Shown: one piece after another, positions 40,401 to 55,400 of the stretch
Numbering within the stretch: position 1 is the stretch's first letter
Layout: every line of letters starts with the position of its first letter
Source of the DNA: Auanema rhodensis
Taxonomy: Eukaryota > Animalia > Nematoda
Length of the DNA stretch: 64,000 nucleotides
Reading direction: 5' to 3'
Assembly (NCBI GenBank): GCA_964057225.1
Contig: OZ059898.1
Coordinates: 6,696,001 to 6,760,000, forward strand
Made by a program: the position numbers and the translations under genes
The notes under the pieces: generated by a model
The model's input: only the letters and a program-made list of their open reading frames with translations
Told to the model about the DNA's origin: nothing
Databases searched by the model: none

Positions 40401-43400
40401 GGCAAATTTTATCAAAACAATCAGATTCTACAGTCTTTTTTACCCAAGTTGTGTATATTCTTAATTTAATAAATTCTATGATTGAGGAGAAAAAGGAAGA
40501 ATCACCGGTCCCATCGTGTACACAGCCTGAACTTTTTTGTGAACATTCTTGTGGATGAGCTCGGTATAAACCATTTTTACAGAAAATAGAAAGCTCCATG
40601 GCAAATTTTATTAAAACAATCAGTTTCTACAGTCTTTCTTACCCAAGTTGTGTATATTCTTAATTTAATAAATTCTATGCTTGAGGAGAAAAAGGAAGAA
40701 TCACCGGTCCCATCGTGTACACAGCCTGAACTTTTTTGTGAACATTCTTGTGGATGAGCTCGGTATAAACCATTTTTACAGAAAATAGAAAGCTCCATGG
40801 CAAATTTTATTAAAACAATCAGATTCTACAGTCTTTTTTACCCAAGTTGTGTATATTCTTAATTTAATAAATTCTATGATTGAGGAGAAAAAGGAAGAAT
40901 CACCGGTCCCATCGTGTACACAGCCTGAACTTTTTTGTGAACATTCTTGTGGATGAGCTCGGTATAAACCATTTTTACAGAAAATAGAAAGCTCCATGGC
41001 AAATTTTATTAAAACAATCAGATTCTACAGTCTTTTTTACCCAAGTTGTGTATATTCTTAATTTAATAAATTCTATGCTTGAGGAGAAAAAGGAAGAATC
41101 ACCGGTCCCATCGTGTACACAGCCTGAACTTTTTTGTGAACATTCTTGTGGATGAGCTCGGTATAAACCATTTTTACAGAAAATAGAAAGCTCCATGGCA
41201 AATTTTATTAAAACAATCAGTTTCTACAGTCTTTCTTACCCAAGTTGTGTATATTCTTAATTTAATAAATTCTATGATTGAGGAGAAAAAGGAAGAATCA
41301 CCGGTCCCATCGTGTACACAGCCTGAACTTTTTTGTGAACATTCTTGTGGATGAGCTCGGTATAAACCATTTTTACAGAAAATAGAAAGCTCCATGGCAA
41401 ATTTTATTAAAACAATCAGATTCTACAGTCTTTTTTACCCAAGTTGTGTATATTCTTAATTTAATAAATTCTATGATTGAGGAGAAAAAGGAAGAATCAC
41501 CGGTCCCATCGTGTACACAGCCTGAACTTTTTTGTGAACATTCTTGTGGATGAGCTCGGTATAAACCATTTTTACAGAAAATAGAAAGCTCCATGGCAAA
41601 TTTTATCAAAACAATCAGATTCTACAGTCTTTTTTACCCAAGTTGTGTATATTCTTAATTTAATAAATTCTATGATTGAGGAGAAAAAGGAAGAATCACC
41701 GGTCCCATCGTGTACACAGCCTGAACTTTTTTGTGAACATTCTTGTGGATGAGCTCGGTATAAACCATTTTTACAGAAAATAGAAAGCTCCATGGCAAAT
41801 TTTATCAAAACAATCAGATTCTACAGTCTTTTTTACCCAAGTTGTGTATATTCTTAATTTAATAAATTCTATGATTGAGGAGAAAAAGGAAGAATCACCG
41901 GTCCCATCGTGTACACAGCCTGAACTTTTTTGTGAACATTCTTGTGGATGAGCTCGGTATAAACCAATTTTACAGAAAATAGAAAGCTTCATGGCAAATT
42001 TTATTAAAACAATCAGATTCTACAGTCTTTTTTACCCAAGTTGTGTATATTCTTAATTTAATAAATTCTATGCTTGAGGAGAAAAAGGAAGAATCACCGG
42101 TCCCATCGTGTACACAGCCTGAACTTTTTTGTGAACATTCTTGTGGATGAGCTCGGTATAAACCATTTTTACAGAAAATAGAAAGCTCCATGGCAAATTT
42201 TATTAAAACAATCAGTTTCTACAGTCTTTTTTACTCAAGTTGTGTATATTCTTAATTTAATAAATTCTATGATTGAGGAGAAAAAGGAAGAATCACCGGT
42301 CCCATCGTGTACACAGCCTGAACTTTTTTGTGAACATTCTTGTGGATGAGCTCGGTATAAACCATTTTTATAGAAAATAGAAAGCTCCATGGCAAATTTT
42401 ATTAAAACAATCAGTTTCTACAGTCTTTTTTACCCAAGTTGTGTATATTCTTAATTTAATAAATTCTATGATTGAGGAGAAAAAGGAAGAATCACCGGTC
42501 CCATCGTGTACACAGCCTGAACTTTTTTGTGAACATTCTTGTGGATGAGCTCGGTATAAACCATTTTTACAGAAAATAGAAAGCTCCATGGCAAATTTTA
42601 TTAAAACAATCAGTTTCTACAGTCTTTTTTACCCAAGTTGTGTATATTCTTAATTTAATAAATTCTATGATTGAGGAGAAAAAGGAAGAATCACCGGTCC
42701 CATCGTGTACACAGCCTGAACTTTTTTGTGAACATTCTTGTGGATGGGCTCGGTATAAACCATTTTTACAGAAAATAGAAAGCTCCATGGCAAATTTTAT
42801 TAAAACAATCAGTTTCTACAGTCTTTTTTACCCAAGTTGTGTATATTCTTAATTTAATAAATTCTATGATTGAGGAGAAAAAGGAAGAATCACCGGTCCC
42901 ATCGTGTACACAGCCTGAACTTTTTTGTGAACATTCTTGTGGATGGGCTCGGTATAAACCATTTTTATAGAAAATAGAAAGCTCCATGGCAAATTTTATT
43001 AAAACAATCAGATTCTACAGTCTTTTTTACCCAAGTTGTGTATATTCTTAATTTAATAAATTCTATGATCGAGGAGAAAAAGGAAGAATCACCGGTCCCA
43101 TCGTGTACACAGCCTGAACTTTTTTGTGAACATTCTTGTGGATGAGCTCGGTATAAACCATTTTTACAGAAAATAGAAAGCTCCATGGCAAATTTTATTA
43201 AAACAATCAGATTCTACAGTCTTTTTTACCCAAGTTGTGTATATTCTTAATTTAATAAATTCTATGATTGAGGAGAAAAAGGAAGAATCACCGGTCCCAT
43301 CGTGTACACAGCCTGAACTTTTTTGTGAACATTCTTGTGGATGAGCTCGGTATAAACCATTTTTACAGAAAATAGAAAGCTCCATGGCAAATTTTATCAA

Positions 43401-46400
43401 AACAATCAGATTCTACAGTCTTTTTTACCCAAGTTGTGTATATTCTTAATTTAATAAATTCTATGATTGAGGAGAAAAAGGAAGAATCACCGGTCCCATC
43501 GTGTACACAGCCTGAACTTTTTTGTGAACATTCTTGTGGATGAGCTCGGTATAAACCATTTTTACAGAAAATAGAAAGCTCCATGGCAAATTTTATTAAA
43601 ACAATCAGATTCTACAGTCTTTTTTACTCAAGTTGTGTATATTCTTAATTTAATAAATTCTATGATTGAGGAGAAAAAGGAAGAATCACCGGTCCCATCG
43701 TGTACACAGCCTGAACTTTTTTGTGAACATTCTTGTGGATGGGCTCGGTATAAACCATTTTTACAGAAAATAGAAAGCTCCATGGCAAATTTTATTAAAA
43801 CAATCAGATTCTACAGTCTTTTTTACTCAAGTTGTGTATATTCTTAATTTAATAAATTCTATGATTGAGGAGAAAAAGGAAGAATCACCGGTCCCATCGT
43901 GTACACAGCCTGAACTTTTTTGTGAACATTCTTGTGGATGAGCTCGGTATAAACCATTTTTACAGAAAATAGAAAGCTCCATGGCAAATTTTATTAAAAC
44001 AATCAGATTCTACAGTCTTTTTTACTCAAGTTGTGTATATTCTTAATTTAATAAATTCTATGATTGAGGAGAAAAAGGAAGAATCACCGGTCCCATCGTG
44101 TACACAGCCTGAACTTTTTTGTGAACATTCTTGTGGATGGGCTCGGTATAAACCATTTTTACAGAAAATAGAAAGCTCCATGGCAAATTTTATTAAAACA
44201 ATCAGATTCTACAGTCTTTTTTACTCAAGTTGTGTATATTCTTAATTTAATAAATTCTATGATTGAGGAGAAAAAGGAAGAATCACCGGTCCCATCGTGT
44301 ACACAGCCTGAACTTTTTTGTGAACATTCTTGTGGATGAGCTCGGTATAAACCATTTTTACAGAAAATAGAAAGCTCCATGGCAAATTTTATTAAAACAA
44401 TCAGATTCTACAGTCTTTTTTACTCAAGTTGTGTATATTCTTAATTTAATAAATTCTATGATTGAGGAGAAAAAGGAAGAATCACCGGTCCCATCGTGTA
44501 CACAGCCTGAACTTTTTTGTGAACATTCTTGTGGATGAGCTCGGTATAAACCATTTTTACAGAAAATAGAAAGCTCCATGGCAAATTTTATTAAAACAAT
44601 CAGATTCTACAGTCTTTTTTACTCAAGTTGTGTATATTCTTAATTTAATAAATTCTATGATTGAGGAGAAAAAGGAAGAATCACCGGTCCCATCGTGTAC
44701 ACAGCCTGAACTTTTTTGTGAACATTCTTGTGGATGAGCTCGGTATAAACCATTTTTACAGAAAATAGAAAGCTCCATGGCAAATTTTATTAAAACAATC
44801 AGATTCTACAGTCTTTTTTACTCAAGTTGTGTATATTCTTAATTTAATAAATTCTATGATTGAGGAGAAAAAGGAAGAATCACCGGTCCCATCGTGTACA
44901 CAGCCTGAACTTTTTTGTGAACATTCTTGTGGATGGGCTCGGTATAAACCATTTTTACAGAAAATAGAAAGCTCCATGGCAAATTTTATTAAAACAATCA
45001 GATTCTACAGTCTTTTTTACTCAAGTTGTGTATATTCTTAATTTAATAAATTCTATGATTGAGGAGAAAAAGGAAGAATCACCGGTCCCATCGTGTACAC
45101 AGCCTGAACTTTTTTGTGAACATTCTTGTGGATGAGCTCGGTATAAACCATTTTTACAGAAAATAGAAAGCTCCATGGCAAATTTTATTAAAACAATCAG
45201 ATTCTACAGTCTTTTTTACTCAAGTTGTGTATATTCTTAATTTAATAAATTCTATGATTGAGGAGAAAAAGGAAGAATCACCGGTCCCATCGTGTACACA
45301 GCCTGAACTTTTTTGTGAACATTCTTGTGGATGAGCTCGGTATAAACCATTTTTACAGAAAATAGAAAGCTCCATGGCAAATTTTATTAAAACAATCAGA
45401 TTCTACAGTCTTTTTTACTCAAGTTGTGTATATTCTTAATTTAATAAATTCTATGATTGAGGAGAAAAAGGAAGAATCACCGGTCCCATCGTGTACACAG
45501 CCTGAACTTTTTTGTGAACATTCTTGTGGATGGGCTCGGTATAAACCATTTTTACAGAAAATAGAAAGCTCCATGGCAAATTTTATTAAAACAATCAGAT
45601 TCTACAGTCTTTTTTACTCAAGTTGTGTATATTCTTAATTTAATAAATTCTATGATTGAGGAGAAAAAGGAAGAATCACCGGTCCCATCGTGTACACAGC
45701 CTGAACTTTTTTGTGAACATTCTTGTGGATGAGCTCGGTATAAACCATTTTTACAGAAAATAGAAAGCTCCATGGCAAATTTTATTAAAACAATCAGATT
45801 CTACAGTCTTTTTTACTCAAGTTGTGTATATTCTTAATTTAATAAATTCTATGATTGAGGAGAAAAAGGAAGAATCACCGGTCCCATCGTGTACACAGCC
45901 TGAACTTTTTTGTGAACATTCTTGTGGATGGGCTCGGTATAAACCATTTTTACAGAAAATAGAAAGCTCCATGGCAAATTTTATTAAAACAATCAGATTC
46001 TACAGTCTTTTTTACTCAAGTTGTGTATATTCTTAATTTAATAAATTCTATGATTGAGGAGAAAAAGGAAGAATCACCGGTCCCATCGTGTACACAGCCT
46101 GAACTTTTTTGTGAACATTCTTGTGGATGAGCTCGGTATAAACCATTTTTACAGAAAATAGAAAGCTCCATGGCAAATTTTATTAAAACAATCAGATTCT
46201 ACAGTCTTTTTTACTCAAGTTGTGTATATTCTTAATTTAATAAATTCTATGATTGAGGAGAAAAAGGAAGAATCACCGGTCCCATCGTGTACACAGCCTG
46301 AACTTTTTTGTGAACATTCTTGTGGATGGGCTCGGTATAAACCATTTTTACAGAAAATAGAAAGCTCCATGGCAAATTTTATTAAAACAATCAGATTCTA

Positions 46401-49400
46401 CAGTCTTTTTTACTCAAGTTGTGTATATTCTTAATTTAATAAATTCTATGATTGAGGAGAAAAAGGAAGAATCACCGGTCCCATCGTGTACACAGCCTGA
46501 ACTTTTTTGTGAACATTCTTGTGGATGAGCTCGGTATAAACCATTTTTACAGAAAATAGAAAGCTCCATGGCAAATTTTATTAAAACAATCAGTTTCTAC
46601 AGTCTTTTTTACCCAAGTTGTGTATATTCTTAATTTAATAAATTCTATGATTGAGGAGAAAAAGGAAGAATCACCGGTCCCATCGTGTACACAGCCTGAA
46701 CTTTTTTGTGAACATTCTTGTGGATGAGCTCGGTATAAACCATTTTTACAGAAAATAGAAAGCTTCATGGCAAATTTTATTAAAACAATCAGATTCTACA
46801 GTCTTTTTTACCCAAGTTGTGTATATTCTTAATTTAATAAATTCTATGATTGAGGAGAAAAAGGAAGAATCACCGGTCCCATCGTGTACACAGCCTGAAC
46901 TTTTTTGTGAACATTCTTGTGGATGAGCTCGGTATAAACCATTTTTACAGAAAATAGAAAGCTCCATGGCAAATTTTATTAAAACAATCAGTTTCTACAG
47001 TCTTTTTTACCCAAGTTGTGTATATTCTTAATTTAATAAATTCTATGATTGAGGAGAAAAAGGAAGAATCACCGGTCCCATCGTGTACACAGCCTGAACT
47101 TTTTTGTGAACATTCTTGTGGATGAGCTCGGTATAAACCATTTTTACAGAAAATAGAAAGCTCCATGGCAAATTTTATTAAAACAATCAGTTTCTACAGT
47201 CTTTTTTACCCAAGTTGTGTATATTCTTAATTTAATAAATTCTATGATTGAGGAGAAAAAGGAAGAATCACCGGTCCCATCGTGTACACAGCCTGAACTT
47301 TTTTGTGAACATTCTTGTGGATGAGCTCGGTATAAACCATTTTTACAGAAAATAGAAAGCTCCATGGCAAATTTTATCAAAACAATCAGATTCTACAGTC
47401 TTTTTTACCCAAGTTGTGTATATTCTTAATTTAATAAATTCTATGATTGAGGAGAAAAAGGAAGAATCACCGGTCCCATCGTGTACACAGCCTGAACTTT
47501 TTTGTGAACATTCTTGTGGATGGGCTCGGTATAAACCATTTTTACAGAAAATAGAAAGCTCCATGGCAAATTTTATTAAAACAATCAGATTCTACAGTCT
47601 TTTTTACTCAAGTTGTGTATATTCTTAATTTAATAAATTCTATGATTGAGGAGAAAAAGGAAGAATCACCGGTCCCATCGTGTACACAGCCTGAACTTTT
47701 TTGTGAACATTCTTGTGGATGGGCTCGGTATAAACCATTTTTATAGAAAATAGAAAGCTCCATGGCAAATTTTATTGAAACAATCAGATTCTACAGTCTT
47801 TTTTACCCAAGTTGTGTATATTCTTAATTTAATAAATTCTATGCTTGAGGAGAAAAAGGAAGAATCACCGGTCCCATCGTGTACACAGCCTGAACTTTTT
47901 TGTGAACATTCTTGTGGATGAGCTCGGTATAAACCATTTTTACAGAAAATAGAAAGCTCCATGGCAAATTTTATTAAAACAATCAGTTTCTACAGTCTTT
48001 TTTACCCAAGTTGTGTATATTCTTAATTTAATAAATTCTATGATTGAGGAGAAAAAGGAAGAATCACCGGTCCCATCGTGTACACAGCCTGAACTTTTTT
48101 GTGAACATTCTTGTGGATGAGCTCGGTATAAACCATTTTTACAGAAAATAGAAAGCTTCATGGCAAATTTTATTAAAACAATCAGATTCTACAGTCTTTT
48201 TTACCCAAGTTGTGTATATTCTTAATTTAATAAATTCTATGATTGAGGAGAAAAAGGAAGAATCACCGGTCCCATCGTGTACACAGCCTGAACTTTTTTG
48301 TGAACATTCTTGTGGATGAGCTCGGTATAAACCATTTTTACAGAAAATAGAAAGCTTCATGGCAAATTTTATTAAAACAATCAGATTCTACAGTCTTTTT
48401 TACCCAAGTTGTGTATATTCTTAATTTAATAAATTCTATGATTGAGGAGAAAAAGGAAGAATCACCGGTCCCATCGTGTACACAGCCTGAACTTTTTTGT
48501 GAACATTCTTGTGGATGAGCTCGGTATAAACCATTTTTACAGAAAATAGAAAGCTTCATGGCAAATTTTATTAAAACAATCAGATTCTACAGTCTTTTTT
48601 ACCCAAGTTGTGTATATTCTTAATTTAATAAATTCTATGATTGAGGAGAAAAAGGAAGAATCACCGGTCCCATCGTGTACACAGCCTGAACTTTTTTGTG
48701 AACATTCTTGTGGATGAGCTCGGTATAAACCATTTTTACAGAAAATAGAAAGCTCCATGGCAAATTTTATTAAAACAATCAGTTTCTACAGTCTTTTTTA
48801 CCCAAGTTGTGTATATTCTTAATTTAATAAATTCTATGATTGAGGAGAAAAAGGAAGAATCACCGGTCCCATCGTGTACACAGCCTGAACTTTTTTGTGA
48901 ACATTCTTGTGGATGAGCTCGGTATAAACCATTTTTACAGAAAATAGAAAGCTCCATGGCAAATTTTATTAAAACAATCAGTTTCTACAGTCTTTTTTAC
49001 CCAAGTTGTGTATATTCTTAGTTTAATAAATTCTATGATTGAGGAGAAAAAGGAAGAATCACCGGTCCCATCGTGTACACAGCCTGAACTTTTTTGTGAA
49101 CATTCTTGTGGATGAGCTCGGTATAAACCATTTTTACAGAAAATAGAAAGCTTCATGGCAAATTTTATTAAAACAATCAGATTCTACAGTCTTTTTTACC
49201 CAAGTTGTGTATATTCTTAATTTAATAAATTCTATGATTGAGGAGAAAAAGGAAGAATCACCGGTCCCATCGTGTACACAGCCTGAACTTTTTTGTGAAC
49301 ATTCTTGTGGATGAGCTCGGTATAAACCATTTTTACAGAAAATAGAAAGCTCCATGGCAAATTTTATCAAAACAATCAGATTCTACAGTCTTTTTTACCC

Positions 49401-52400
49401 AAGTTGTGTATATTCTTAATTTAATAAATTCTATGATTGAGGAGAAAAAGGAAGAATCACCGGTCCCATCGTGTACACAGCCTGAACTTTTTTGTGAACA
49501 TTCTTGTGGATGAGCTCGGTATAAACCATTTTTATAGAAAATAGAAAGCTCCATGGCAAATTTTATTAAAACAATCAGTTTCTACAGTCTTTTTTACCCA
49601 AGTTGTGTATATTCTTAATTTAATAAATTCTATGATTGAGGAGAAAAAGGAAGAATCACCGGTCCCATCGTGTACACAGCCTGAACTTTTTTGTGAACAT
49701 TCTTGTGGATGAGCTCGGTATAAACCATTTTTACAGAAAATAGAAAGCTCCATGGCAAATTTTATCAAAACAATCAGATTCTACAGTCTTTTTTACCCAA
49801 GTTGTGTATATTCTTAATTTAATAAATTCTATGATTGAGGAGAAAAAGGAAGAATCACCGGTCCCATCGTGTACACAGCCTGAACTTTTTTGTGAACATT
49901 CTTGTGGATGAGCTCGGTATAAACCATTTTTACAGAAAATAGAAAGCTCCATGGCAAATTTTATTAAAACAATCAGTTTCTACAGTCTTTTTTACCCAAG
50001 TTGTGTATATTCTTAATTTAATAAATTCTATGATTGAGGAGAAAAAGGAAGAATCACCGGTACCATCGTGTACACAGCCTGAACTTTTTTGTGAACATTC
50101 TTGTGGATGAGCTCGGTATAAACCATTTTTACAGAAAATAGAAAGCTCCATGGCAAATTTTATTAAAACAATCAGTTTCTACAGTCTTTTTTACCCAAGT
50201 TGTGTATATTCTTAATTTAATAAATTCTATGATTGAGGAGAAAAAGGAAGAATCACCGGTACCATCGTGTACACAGCCTGAACTTTTTTGTGAACATTCT
50301 TGTGGATGAGCTCGGTATAAACCATTTTTACAGAAAATAGAAAGCTCCATGGCAAATTTTATTAAAACAATCAGATTCTACAGTCTTTTTTACCCAAGTT
50401 GTGTATATTCTTAATTTAATAAATTCTATGATTGAGGAGAAAAAGGAAGAATCACCGGTACCATCGTGTACACAGCCTGAACTTTTTTGTGAACATTCTT
50501 GTGGATGAGCTCGGTATAAACCATTTTTACAGAAAATAGAAAGCTCCATGGCAAATTTTATTAAAACAATCAGATTCTACAGTCTTTTTTACCCAAGTTG
50601 TGTATATTCTTAATTTAATAAATTCTATGATTGAGGAGAAAAAGGAAGAATCACCGGTACCATCGTGTACACAGCCTGAACTTTTTTGTGAACATTCTTG
50701 TGGATGAGCTCGGTATAAACCATTTTTACAGAAAATAGAAAGCTTCATGGCAAATTTTATTAAAACAATCAGATTCTACAGTCTTTTTTACCCAAGTTGT
50801 GTATATTCTTAATTTAATAAATTCTATGCTTGAGGAGAAAAAGGAAGAATCACCGGTCCCATCGTGTACACAGCCTGAACTTTTTTGTGAACATTCTTGT
50901 GGATGAGCTCGGTATAAACCATTTTTACAGAAAATAGAAAGCTTCATGGCAAATTTTATTAAAACAATCAGATTCTACAGTCTTTTTTACCCAAGTTGTG
51001 TATATTCTTAATTTAATAAATTCTATGCTTGAGGAGAAAAAGGAAGAATCACCGGTCCCATCGTGTACACAGCCTGAACTTTTTTGTGAACATTCTTGTG
51101 GATGAGCTCGGTATAAACCATTTTTATAGAAAATAGAAAGCTCCATGGCAAATTTTATTAAAACAATCAGTTTCTACAGTCTTTTTTACCCAAGTTGTGT
51201 ATATTCTTAATTTAATAAATTCTATGCTTGAGGAGAAAAAGGAAGAATCACCGGTCCCATCGTGTACACAGCCTGAACTTTTTTGTGAACATTCTTGTGG
51301 ATGGGCTCGGTATAAACCATTTTTACAGAAAATAGAAAGCTCCATGGCAAATTTTATTAAAACAATCAGATTCTACAGTCTTTTTTACTCAAGTTGTGTA
51401 TATTCTTAATTTAATAAATTCTATGATTGAGGAGAAAAAGGAAGAATCACCGGTCCCATCGTGTACACAGCCTGAACTTTTTTGTGAACATTCTTGTGGA
51501 TGAGCTCGGTATAAACCATTTTTACAGAAAATAGAAAGCTCCATGGCAAATTTTATTAAAACAATCAGATTCTACAGTCTTTTTTACCCAAGTTGTGTAT
51601 ATTCTTAATTTAATAAATTCTATGATTGAGGAGAAAAAGGAAGAATCACCGGTCCCATCGTGTACACAGCCTGAACTTTTTTGTGAACATTCTTGTGGAT
51701 GAGCTCGGTATAAACCATTTTTACAGAAAATAGAAAGCTCCATGGCAAATTTTATCAAAACAATCAGATTCTACAGTCTTTTTTACCCAAGTTGTGTATA
51801 TTCTTAATTTAATAAATTCTATGATTGAGGAGAAAAAGGAAGAATCACCGGTCCCATCGTGTACACAGCCTGAACTTTTTTGTGAACATTCTTGTGGATG
51901 AGCTCGGTATAAACCATTTTTACAGAAAATAGAAAGCTCCATGGCAAATTTTATTAAAACAATCAGTTTCTACAGTCTTTTTTACTCAAGTTGTGTATAT
52001 TCTTAATTTAATAAATTCTATGATTGAGGAGAAAAAGGAAGAATCACCGGTCCCATCGTGTACACAGCCTGAACTTTTTTGTGAACATTCTTGTGGATGA
52101 GCTCGGTATAAACCATTTTTATAGAAAATAGAAAGCTCCATGGCAAATTTTATTAAAACAATCAGTTTCTACAGTCTTTCTTACCCAAGTTGTGTATATT
52201 CTTAATTTAATAAATTCTATGATTGAGGAGAAAAAGGAAGAATCACCGGTCCCATCGTGTACACAGCCTGAACTTTTTTGTGAACATTCTTGTGGATGAG
52301 CTCGGTATAAACCATTTTTATAGAAAATAGAAAGCTTCATGGCAAATTTTATTAAAACAATCAGATTCTACAGTCTTTTTTACCCAAGTTGTGTATATTC

Positions 52401-55400
52401 TTAATTTAATAAATTCTATGCTTGAGGAGAAAAAGGAAGAATCACCGGTCCCATCGTGTACACAGCCTGAACTTTTTTGTGAACATTCTTGTGGATGAGC
52501 TCGGTATAAACCATTTTTACAGAAAATAGAAAGCTTCATGGCAAATTTTATTAAAACAATCAGTTTCTACAGTCTTTTTTACTCAAGTTGTGTATATTCT
52601 TAATTTAATAAATTCTATGCTTGAGGAGAAAAAGGAAGAATCACCGGTCCCATCGTGTACACAGCCTGAACTTTTTTGTGAACATTCTTGTGGATGGGCT
52701 CGGTATAAACCATTTTTACAGAAAATAGAAAGCTTCATGGCAAATTTTATTAAAACAATCAGTTTCTACAGTCTTTTTTACTCAAGTTGTGTATATTCTT
52801 AATTTAATAAATTCTATGATTGAGGAGAAAAAGGAAGAATCACCGGTCCCATCGTGTACACAGCCTGAACTTTTTTGTGAACATTCTTGTGGATGAGCTC
52901 GGTATAAACCATTTTTACAGAAAATAGAAAGCTCCATGGCAAATTTTATCAAAACAATCAGATTCTACAGTCTTTTTTACCCAAGTTGTGTATATTCTTA
53001 ATTTAATAAATTCTATGATTGAGGAGAAAAAGGAAGAATCACCGGTCCCATCGTGTACACAGCCTGAACTTTTTTGTGAACATTCTTGTGGATGAGCTCG
53101 GTATAAACCATTTTTATAGAAAATAAAAAGCTCCATGGCAAATTTTATTAAAACAATCAGTTTCTACAGTCTTTCTTACCCAAGTTGTGTATATTCTTAA
53201 TTTAATAAATTCTATGATTGAGGAGAAAAAGGAAGAATCACCGGTCCCATCGTGTACACAGCCTGAACTTTTTTGTGAACATTCTTGTGGATGAGCTCGG
53301 TATAAACCATTTTTATAGAAAATAGAAAGCTTCATGGCAAATTTTATTAAAACAATCAGATTCTACAGTCTTTTTTACCCAAGTTGTGTATATTCTTAAT
53401 TTAATAAATTCTATGCTTGAGGAGAAAAAGGAAGAATCACCGGTCCCATCGTGTACACAGCCTGAACTTTTTTGTGAACATTCTTGTGGATGAGCTCGGT
53501 ATAAACCATTTTTACAGAAAATAGAAAGCTTCATGGCAAATTTTATTAAAACAATCAGTTTCTACAGTCTTTTTTACTCAAGTTGTGTATATTCTTAATT
53601 TAATAAATTCTATGCTTGAGGAGAAAAAGGAAGAATCACCGGTCCCATCGTGTACACAGCCTGAACTTTTTTGTGAACATTCTTGTGGATGAGCTCGGTA
53701 TAAACCATTTTTACAGAAAATAGAAAGCTTCATGGCAAATTTTATTAAAACAATCAGTTTCTACAGTCTTTTTTACTCAAGTTGTGTATATTCTTAATTT
53801 AATAAATTCTATGATTGAGGAGAAAAAGGAAGAATCACCGGTCCCATCGTGTACACAGCCTGAACTTTTTTGTGAACATTCTTGTGGATGAGCTCGGTAT
53901 AAACCATTTTTATAGAAAATAGAAAGCTCCATGGCAAATTTTATTGAAACAATCAGATTCTACAGTCTTTTTTACTCAAGTTGTGTATATTCTTAATTTA
54001 ATAAATTCTATGATTGAGGAGAAAAAGGAAGAATCACCGGTCCCATCGTGTACACAGCCTGAACTTTTTTGTGAACATTCTTGTGGATGGGCTCGGTATA
54101 AACCATTTTTATAGAAAATAGAAAGCTCCATGGCAAATTTTATTGAAACAATCAGATTCTACAGTCTTTTTTACTCAAGTTGTGTATATTCTTAATTTAA
54201 TAAATTCTATGATTGAGGAGAAAAAGGAAGAATCACCGGTCCCATCGTGTACACAGCCTGAACTTTTTTGTGAACATTCTTGTGGATGAGCTCGGTATAA
54301 ACCATTTTTACAGAAAATAGAAAGCTTCATGGCAAATTTTATTAAAACAATCAGATTCTACAGTCTTTTTTACCCAAGTTGTGTATATTCTTAATTCAAT
54401 AAATTCTATGATTGAGGAGAAAAAGGAAGAATCACCGGTCCCATCGTGTACACAGCCTGAACTTTTTTGTGAACATTCTTGTGGATGAGCTCGGTATAAA
54501 CCATTTTTATAGAAAATAGAAAGCTCCATGGCAAATTTTATTGAAACAATCAGATTCTACAGTCTTTTTTACTCAAGTTGTGTATATTCTTAATTTAATA
54601 AATTCTATGATTGAGGAGAAAAAGGAAGAATCACCGGTCCCATCGTGTACACAGCCTGAACTTTTTTGTGAACATTCTTGTGGATGAGCTCGGTATAAAC
54701 CATTTTTACAGAAAATAGAAAGCTTCATGGCAAATTTTATTAAAACAATCAGATTCTACAGTCTTTTTTACCCAAGTTGTGTATATTCTTAATTCAATAA
54801 ATTCTATGCTTGAGGAGAAAAAGGAAGAATCACCGGTCCCATCGTGTACACAGCCTGAACTTTTTTGTGAACATTCTTGTGGATGAGCTCGGTATAAACC
54901 ATTTTTACAGAAAATAGAAAGCTTCATGGCAAATTTTATTAAAACAATCAGTTTCTACAGTCTTTTTTACTCAAGTTGTGTATATTCTTAATTTAATAAA
55001 TTCTATGCTTGAGGAGAAAAAGGAAGAATCACCGGTCCCATCGTGTACACAGCCTGAACTTTTTTGTGAACATTCTTGTGGATGAGCTCGGTATAAACCA
55101 TTTTTATAGAAAATAGAAAGCTCCATGGCAAATTTTATTGAAACAATCAGATTCTACAGTCTTTTTTACTCAAGTTGTGTATATTCTTAATTCAATAAAT
55201 TCTATGATTGAGGAGAAAAAGGAAGAATCACCGGTCCCATCGTGTACACAGCCTGAACTTTTTTGTGAACATTCTTGTGGATGGGCTCGGTATAAACCAT
55301 TTTTATAGAAAATAGAAAGCTCCATGGCAAATTTTATTGAAACAATCAGATTCTACAGTCTTTTTTACTCAAGTTGTGTATATTCTTAATTCAATAAATT